Below are positions 55,700 through 64,000 of a DNA stretch of 64,000 bases, piece after piece. The stretch comes from Dictyostelium discoideum (Eukaryota): contig CM000150.2 of the NCBI GenBank assembly GCA_000004695.1, positions 4,000,001 through 4,064,000 of the forward strand, written 5' to 3'. Each line of letters opens with the position of its first letter. Positions within the stretch are counted from its first letter, which is position 1. Under the pieces are notes generated by a model, which saw only the letters and a list, made by a program, of their open reading frames with translations, did not search any database and was not told the DNA's origin. Both the position numbers and the translations under genes were made by a program.

Positions 55700-55931
55700 T
55701 ACATTTTATAAAAGATTTTTTTGAAGGACTAATTTCAAATAAAACTAAAAATGGTTTTTTTTTTTTTTTCCAGCCCGATCTAGATTAATTTTTTCAATCT
55801 AATCATGTTTTTATTTTATTTTTTTTGTAAAAATTTCGATTAGATTTAGATCAAATATATTTTTTATTTTTATTTTTTTTTTATTTTTTTTTTTCAAAAA
55901 AAAACTTTTTTATTATATTTATTATATTTAT

Positions 55932-56308
55932 TTATTTTTTATTATTATTCTTTTTTGAATTCCTTTTTATTATATTTTTAAATAAAAAAATAAAAACATT
56001 ATAATTATTTATCCAACAATAAAAAAAGAATAAATAAATACTTGAAAATGTAAATATTAAAACATCGAATGAAATTGGTTTAATTTGAATAAAACTCATA
56101 GTTGCTTTTGTTGGTTGATAAAATTTTACAGTATTTTCAATCTCTAATGTACCAGTTTGAAAAATATCTATTACACAATTTAATTTGTCATTATATTCTT
56201 TAAATATTAATTCAATACCATTAATTAAATCAATTTTATTATTATTATTTTGATTATTTATAATTGTTTGTTTTCTATTTTCATTATTATAATTATAATT
56301 ATAATTAA

Positions 56309-56357
<49 letters not shown>

Positions 56358-56498
56358 TATTATTTCAATTGGTTTTAAAGGTTGAATATAAGGAAACATT
56401 AAATTTGTATTTAATAAAACTTGATACATTGATAACATTGATTGTTCATTTATATCTAAAGAAAATTCTAAAAGTTTTGATAAATCATTATTATTATA

Positions 56499-56539
<41 letters not shown>

Positions 56540-57998
56540 TAATATTATAAATATATGATAATAATGAGGATGCAATTATTTTTGTATTTCTTTTTAAGAT
56601 TGGTAAACTTAATTTTGAATTTGTTGATAAAATTCCATTTGTAGTTGGTGTTGAAAATTGTTTTTGTGTAATTGTCATTGAATCAATATGTTTTCTTGAA
56701 AAGATTTCATGTTTAAAATTAATTTTTGGATTTGAAATATCAATTTTCTTTTGAATGATTGTTAAATTAATATCATCATTTTTTGCAGAGAATTGGTAAT
56801 TTCCAACAAGATTTTTAATTTTTAATGATTTTGTTAATGATTTTGAAATTTGAAGATATAATTTATTTTCATCATTTATTAATTCTTTTTCATTTTCATT
56901 TTCATCTCCATCATCATTATTATTTTTAAAAGTTGAATATGATTTCATACCAATTGAATCAATACATAATACATGATCAATTGAATTTAAAAATGATTTA
57001 GATTGTTGATCAATCCATCTTTTAACACCAAATTCATTTAAACTTGATGCACCAACTAATGTAAATACTAAATTGAATGAAATTGGTTGTGTATTTGGAT
57101 TTGAATATAACATTGAGAAAACTCTTAATAATTCAAAGATTGCTATTGAATTACCATGATTATTAATTTCACCTGATAATGCAGGTATAATACTATACGA
57201 ATCATAACTTGCTAATATTACAATTGTTTTTAGTGGTTGTGATGAATTTAATGATGATCGTTTACATTTTAAAGTTGTTTGAAAATTATAAGAATTTGGA
57301 TTATTTATAATTTCAGGTAACCCTAATGAAATTAAAAATTTAAAATCATTTTGTTGTTTTGGTGTGATAATTTTATCTTTTGAAATTTGGTGGTATGCAT
57401 ATTTAATTAATTCTTCATATTCTTCTTTTTTTACAAAATAAATTGGTACTTTAATTTTAATTTTTAAATTACTTGTATAAATTTTATCATATTCTGTTTC
57501 ACTTAATAATAATTTATCAATATTATCATCATTTTCACTATTTTCATTATTTTCATCACGATTAGGTAATGATGATGATGTTGATGACGGTGATGATGAT
57601 GATGATTGAAAAGGTTCAGTTGAAATTTTAACAATTATTGAATCAACTTTTTTTGAATTTAATATTAAAATAGTATCAATATTGAAATCTGATTGATCAA
57701 CTATTACTGATTTTCCTTCATAATCTGTTGATTGATAAAATTGTTTTTGATAAACCATTAATGATGAACTTAGACTTGCTTTTGAAGGTCCATTGATTGT
57801 TGACCCATTTTTATATTGTAACATTCTATATGCAAATATTTTATTATTTTCATTTCCTACTCTACTTTTATGTAAATTAATATTTGAAAAAAATGATTTA
57901 CTTTCATTTCTTTCAATTAGTATTAATAAAAATAGTACTATTATTATTAAATATAAAAATGATTTATTTAACATATTATTATTATTATTTAATTTCAC
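55932..57998 (-). CDS. Nicalin-like protein (nicastrin/M28-peptidase-fold, type-I membrane; 688 aa)
   Basis: The protein has a signal/TM N-terminus and a C-terminal TM (DVLIFTFSSIYLFFFYCWINNYNVFIFLF). The conserved nicalin block is KTIVILASYDSYSIIPALSGEINNHGNSIAIFELLRVFSMLY...LVFTLVGASSLNEFGVKRWI. Several poly-Asn inserts are present. Confidence 0.6.
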
Positions 57999-58449
57999 AA
58001 AAATGAAAAAAATAAAAAAAAAAAAAATAAAAAAAAAAAGTAAAAAAATAAAAAAATAAAAAAAAAAAAAATAAAAAAAAAATAATAATATGTGTGTGAA
58101 TGAATTTACAAAATCGTGCTATTAATAGAATTTTTTTTTTTTTTATGAAATTAATTTAATCCAAAAAAAAAAAAAAAAGAAAAAGGAAAAGTTAAGATCT
58201 TAATTGTTTTTTTATTTGAAGAACAATCATTAGGGAATAAATTTAATATTAAAAAAGGTTTATAAAAAAAATTATTCCCTACAAAAATGGTATTCTAAAA
58301 ATTTTGATAGACAAAACATTTGTTTTATAAAAATTATTGTGATTAATTACTTGTAAATAATTTTTTTTTTTAAAAAAAAATATTTTATTATTTATTCTTA
58401 TTTATAGTTTTGCAATTACAAAATTTGCCAAAAAGATTTAAAAAAAATA

Positions 58450-58483
<34 letters not shown>

Positions 58484-58683
58484 AGAATGGTTACATTGAT
58501 TTTTTTTTTTTATATTTTATGCATTTTTGAGTTTCTATTTAAATAAAATATAATAAATCATTGTTAAAAAGAAAAAAAAGAAAATATTAGTCCAGTATTT
58601 TTTCAATTTTTCGCACCCAAAATTATTTTAAGTTTTTTTTTTTTGTCCAGTGACAGACCATTAATTTTATTTTTTGGTTTTTG

Positions 58684-58714
<31 letters not shown>

Positions 58715-58776
58715 TTCATTTTATCAATTATCATTTATTCTAATAATAATATTAAAAAAAAAAAAAAAAAAAAAAA

Positions 58777-59072
58777 ATGGAACCATCAATAGACAATAAA
58801 CCATCTTTTAGAATTAATTTTACAAAAATGCACGGTGCAGGAAATGATTTTGTAGTTTTTGAAAAAAATAAAGTTGAAAGATTAAATGGCGATAAATCAA
58901 CAGTGACCTTTGAAGAAATTGTTGGATTTACAACAAAAATAGCACATAGAAAATTAGGAATAGGTTTTGATCAATTAATTGTCATTGATGATAATCCAAT
59001 TGATAAAAATGCAGCATATGGTATGGATGTAATTAATTGCGATGGTAATATTGGTATGTGTGTTATTAAAAC

Positions 59073-59105
<33 letters not shown>

Positions 59106-59949
59106 TATATATTTTATTTAAATAGTTAACAAATCATAATTATATTTATTAAATAAAGAGGTAATGTGTGGAAATGGTGTTAGATGTTTTTCAAAATATA
59201 TAGTTGATAATAAAGTTTTATCAAAAAATTTAAAAGAACAATTAAATTTTGATGGTGACGATGATATTGAACAAATTATTGAGACTAAATCAGGTATTGT
59301 CAAAACATATCCATTATTAAAACATCATTTAAATAATAAAGATAATGATGTTATAATGGTGAAAGTTAATATGGGAACACCAAAAGTTTCAAGATTTATT
59401 AACGAAATCGATCGTCATATTCCAAAAGTTTTAACAAATCAATCACCAATTGAGAGTTATATGTATACCATTGATATCGGATTACCATACTGTTCAAAAT
59501 TAGAATGTGTTTATGTAACAGTTGGAGGCAACCAATGTGTTGTATTTATCGATAGAAATATTGAATTGGGTTATTTAGATTCTTCATATGGTGATCATAC
59601 AAAATTCTCAACAATTGATTTTAAAGAGATTTCAGATATTATTCAAAGTAATGTAAATGGTTTTGATGATATTCCAAATGTTGAATTTGTAATTCAATCA
59701 CCACAAGATAAACTTGAAAATAAAGTTATCTCAAGAGTTGTTGAAAGAGGTAATGGTGAAACATTAGCATGTGGTACTGGTGCATGTGGTGTAGCAATAT
59801 CATCAATTCTCAAAGGTTATTGTAATGAAAATACTGAAATTACTGTTGAAATGCCTGGTGGTAAATTATTAATTCAATGGAATCCAAATAATGAAATTTT
59901 TAAAACAGGTCCAGCAACATCTGTCTTTAAATCTCAAATTTTAATTTAA
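58777..59949 (+). CDS. Diaminopimelate epimerase-fold (DapF/PhzF superfamily) protein, copy 1, about 355 aa, 2 exons
   Basis: Exon 1 is 58777..59053. A phase-1 GTATGT intron follows. Exon 2 is 59159..59949. The DapF signature motifs are FTKMHGAGNDFVVF (N-terminal), NCDGNIE|VMCGNGVRCFSKY (first catalytic Cys) and ERGNGETLACGTGACGVA (second catalytic Cys). Confidence 0.7.
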
Positions 59950-60149
59950 ACTTAAAATAAAATCATTCACTAATTTAATTATTATTATTATTATTATTTT
60001 TTTCTCAACTAATTCTCAAATTTATGGAAAATTTTTTTTAAAAAAAAAAAAAAAAATCCAAACCAGGGCAATTCCATTGCGCAATCTTTTTTTAAACAAA
60101 AAAAAAAAAAATAAAACAATTTTCAATTTCCAATTTTTAATTTTATTTT

Positions 60150-60186
<37 letters not shown>

Positions 60187-60238
60187 ATTGGTCATTATTT
60201 CGATTGTTATCTTTTAAGTTAATAATAAATATTTTAAA

Positions 60239-61396
60239 ATGGAACCAATATTAATTACAAATAAGCCATCATACAGAATTAATTTTACAAAAATGCAAGG
60301 TGCAGGAAATGATTTTGTAGTTTTTGAAAAAAATAAAGTTGAAAGATTAAATGGTGATCAATCAATAATGACCTATGAAGAAATTAGTGGATTTACAAAA
60401 AAATTATCACATAGAAAATTAGGAATAGGTTGTGATCAATTAATTATTATTGATGATAATCCAAATGATAAAAATGCAGCATATGGTATGGGTGTAATTA
60501 ATTGTGATGGTAATATTGGTATGTATATGTGTGTAAAAAAAATAAACCAAATTGAATAATTAACATAAATATATTTTAACAATAAAATATTTAAACAAAT
60601 AGAAAATATGTGTGGAAATGGTGTTAGATGTTTTACAAAATATATAATTGATAATAAAGTTTTATCAAAAAATTTAAAAGAACAATTAAATTTTGATGGT
60701 GATGATAAAATTGAACAAATTATTGAGACTAAATCAGGTATTGTCAAAACATATCCATTATTAAAACATCATTTAAATAATAAAGAAAAGGATGTTATAA
60801 TGGTGAAAGTTAATATGGGAACATCTAAAATATCAAGATTAATTAATGAAATTGATTATAATATTCCAAAAACTTTAAGTAAACAATCACCACTTGAAAG
60901 TTACATGTACACCATTGATATTGGATTACCATACTGTTCAAAATTAGAATGTGTTTATGTATCAGTTGGTGTTAACCAATGTGTTGTATTTATTGATAGA
61001 AATATTGAATTGGGTTATTTAGATTCATCATATGGTGATTTCTCAAAATTCTCAATGATTAATATTCAAGAGATTTCAGATATTATTCAAAGTAATGTAA
61101 ATGGTTTTGTTGATATTGCAAATGTTGAATTTGTAATTCAATCACCACAAGATAAACTTGAAAATAAAGTTATCTCAAGAGTTGTTGAAAGAGGTAGTGG
61201 TGAAACATTAGCATGTGGTACTGGTGCATGTGGTGTAGCTGTAGCTTCAATTCTCAAAGGTTACTGTAATGAAAATACTGAATCTATTGTTGAAATGCCT
61301 GGTGGTAAATTATTAATTCAATGGGATTCAAATAACAGTGAAATTTTTAAAACAGGTCCAGCAACAACTGTCTTTAAATCTCAAATTTTAATTTAA
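60239..61396 (+). CDS. DapF/PhzF-fold paralog, copy 2, about 357 aa, 2 exons, in tandem with and co-oriented with copy 1
   Basis: Exon 1 is 60239..60518. A phase-1 GTATGT intron follows at the position homologous to copy 1. Exon 2 is 60603..61396. The motifs are FTKMQGAGNDFVVF, CDGNIE|NMCGNGVRCFTKY and ERGSGETLACGTGACGVA. It is about 85% aa identical to copy 1. Confidence 0.7.
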
Positions 61397-61440
61397 TTTT
61401 TTTTTTTTTTTTTTTTTTTTCTAAACAAAATAATAAAAAT

Positions 61441-61490
<50 letters not shown>

Positions 61491-61904
61491 TACAATTATT
61501 TTATTTAAAATTTTATTAAATCTAGAAAAAAATGGTTTTAAAATATGAAAACCTGTTTAATTTTAAATTAAAAAAAATAAAATAAAAAAAAAAAAGAATT
61601 AATATATTTTCAGTATTGTAAAAAAAAAAATAAAATCAAATAATTACTTTTAAAAATTTTTTAAATAATTAATAAACGAATGTTTTGGTTGTTATAAAAA
61701 TTCCTAAACAGAAAAATAGAGTAAATAATAATAGATAAAATAAAAATATATTTAGAGGTTTATGTGAAAAAAATGCTATATAAGGTTCTACCATTATTTT
61801 TTTGAATATATAATATGTTTAAATTTTTTAAAATTAAATATTTTAAAATTAAAATAATAAAAAATAGTAATAATAAAAAAAAAAAAAAAACAAAAATAGT
61901 TATA

Positions 61905-61941
<37 letters not shown>

Positions 61942-62477
61942 AAAAATAGTAATAAAAAAAAAAAAAATAAAAAAAAAAAAAACAGATCAATTTTTTATAT
62001 AATATTTTGTTATTATTATTATTATTATTTCTCTTACTATTATTATATTTAATTGATAATATTTTTAATCGATCAAATTGTTTTTTTAATAACCCATATT
62101 AGTCATTTTACAAGTATTCAAACTTCTTATGTTTAAAAGATTTTTGAGATTTATTTTTTTTTTTTTTTGTTTTTTTTTTTTTATTAATGAGAAGATAATT
62201 TAATAAAAATTTTTAAATACAAACACAAAAGTATTAAAATGTTTATTTTACCACTTTTAATTGAATTTTTTTTAAAAAAATATAATAAAAATATAAAAAA
62301 TTGTAAGTAAAAACTAATTTATTACAATTTTTTGACATTGAATACTAATTTAATATCAATATTATATTTCAATTTTTTCAACCCTTACTTTTTTATATTG
62401 TAATAATAAATTAATTTACTAAATATCCAATTTAAATATTTGTTATTGGTGGTTTAATTTTTATTTTTTTTTTTATT

Positions 62478-62510
<33 letters not shown>

Positions 62511-62541
62511 AATTAATTAATTGTTTAGAAAATTCAAATTT

Positions 62542-62583
<42 letters not shown>

Positions 62584-62614
62584 AAGATAAATTTAAAAAA
62601 TTAATAGATTTAAT

Positions 62615-62865
62615 TTAATTTTTATTAAATTTTTTTAATTTAGTGGCATGTAAAATTACTTTAATTGTTGTACTTTTCTTATAAAGTGTAACTAATACGA
62701 CAACAATAATTGATACAACTACTACTGGTACAACAATAGCCACTGGCAATATCCATTTCTTTGAGTTACTATCATCACATTGATTTTTGAAATCACTATC
62801 TACTAAAACTGAAAAATCTATTTATAAAATATATATACATATATTAAATTTAGTATTTGTATTTT

Positions 62866-62915
<50 letters not shown>

Positions 62916-64000
62916 TATATATAATAATCATACCAGGATCAACAACACATTCATTTATACAATGTGGTAAATTTAATGTAATAATAATTGAATTTGAATC
63001 AGTTTTTGAAGTTGTTGAAAAGAAAGTTGGTCTTGAATCAGAGATTACTTTATTAATAAATCTACCAGCTAAAATTTTATTATTTTTTGAAATTTTGATA
63101 TAACTAAAAGTGGATTGATCATTAATATTTGTTGTATCAATTTCAGTATTTTTTGTATTACAATCTTCATTTTTATTAATTTGATCAACTGCTGATATTA
63201 AATCCAATTGTAGTGTATTTAAAGTACTTTGATAAGTATAATTTGTAATTGAAATTGTGAATTTAATAGAACCAGAATCTACAATGAAACTTGTATTGGC
63301 AAAAGTAAATTGTTTACCTTTCTCATCTTTAATCTCCTCAATAATAGTTTTTACAATGCACCCATTTAAAGTACCATTAATGAATTGTTTAAATTCATAA
63401 ATATTTGATTCTTTACTTTCAGTATTATTAAATGACCAATTCTTTAATAATGGATACTCTTTCACAACATTATTATTAAAATCAATTTCTTTTAATGATT
63501 TAAAATAAATTTGAAATTTAGTTTGATTATCTAAAATATTTGTTGAGCCTGATCCTGTGTCAATTGTTGTGTTAACACCTGCATTGTTATTGTTATTATT
63601 ATTATTACCATTTCCATTGCCAACACCATTTGTATTAATTACAGCACTACAATCATATAAAGTAAAACCTGAAAAACATTTACAAATTCCCGTTGTGGTA
63701 TTACAATTACCATTATTTGAGCATTTATTTGGACATTCAATTGTTGGATTTATATATTTAAAAATGTTATTACCAACATAGGTATAATCATTTTGAGTTA
63801 TTGTTACATTTTTAATACCACTACCTTTTGGTGCATTACATTTAATTACAGAACTTGAATTAAATATAATTGGTAAACATGGTTGATCACCGATTTTAAC
63901 TGATAAATCAGTATGTTTTGTACCAAAAAATCCATATAAACTAATTTCACCACCATTTATAGTTGTAGAATCAGAAGATGAGATATAATGGTAGGCTGAT
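62615..64000 (-). CDS. ComC-like glycoprotein paralog, 3' portion only (IPT/TIG, EGF, ComC-like C-terminal domain, TM exon). The 5' end lies outside the window.
   Basis: On the minus strand, exon n-1 is 64000..62934 (the ORF-track ORF 62818-63465 is its end running into the intron). A phase-1 GTATGA intron follows. The TM exon is 62817..62615 (DFSVLVDSDFKNQCDD..WILPVAIVVPVVVVSIIVVVLVTLYKKSTTIKV...*). The domain blocks are collinear with 2803-5323 and 34417-38553. Confidence 0.65.

Noticed and set aside
57793-58059. 88-aa plus-strand ORF
   Set aside because: It is antisense to the N-terminus (signal peptide) of the nicalin-like gene and continues into poly-A.

Overview
The window is AT-rich (about 75-80% A+T). 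It has long poly-Asn/Gln codon runs (AAT/CAA), short AT-rich GTAAGT...AG introns, homopolymer A/T intergenic tracts, and a tRNA-associated non-LTR retroelement. This is the signature of a dictyostelid (Dictyostelium discoideum-like) nuclear chromosome. I infer the organism from composition only.

About 30 protein-coding genes on both strands can be supported, most with 0-6 short introns. The main ones are: a partial membrane RING E3 ligase; a CXC-domain protein; three paralogous EGF/IPT ComC-like surface glycoproteins (one with N-terminal LRR exons); a MEK-type MAP kinase kinase with poly-Gln/Asn insertions; an F-box/JmjC/APH-like fusion protein; a cluster of three tiny Gly/Tyr/Pro-rich lysine-tailed proteins; a RING/TRAF-zinc-finger/CBM20 fusion protein; two tandem SDR oxidoreductases; splicing factor SF3a subunit 3 next to a U2 snRNA gene; a Sec14/CRAL-TRIO protein; an F-BAR RhoGAP and a RasGEF diverging from a 1.7 kb AT-rich region; a neugrin-like protein; an aldehyde dehydrogenase; a nicalin-like protein; and two tandem bacterial-type diaminopimelate-epimerase-fold (DapF/PhzF) genes.

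Non-genic content: a degenerate 5'-truncated TRE-type non-LTR retrotransposon abutting the 3' side of an intron-containing tRNA-Tyr(GUA); a threefold tandem segmental array (9.7-14.7 kb) of a small secreted-protein gene; trinucleotide microsatellites; a long imperfect hairpin; and several small GC islands that may be small RNAs.

Coordinates taken from the ORF track are exact. Splice junctions I derived by hand may be off by 1-2 nt.
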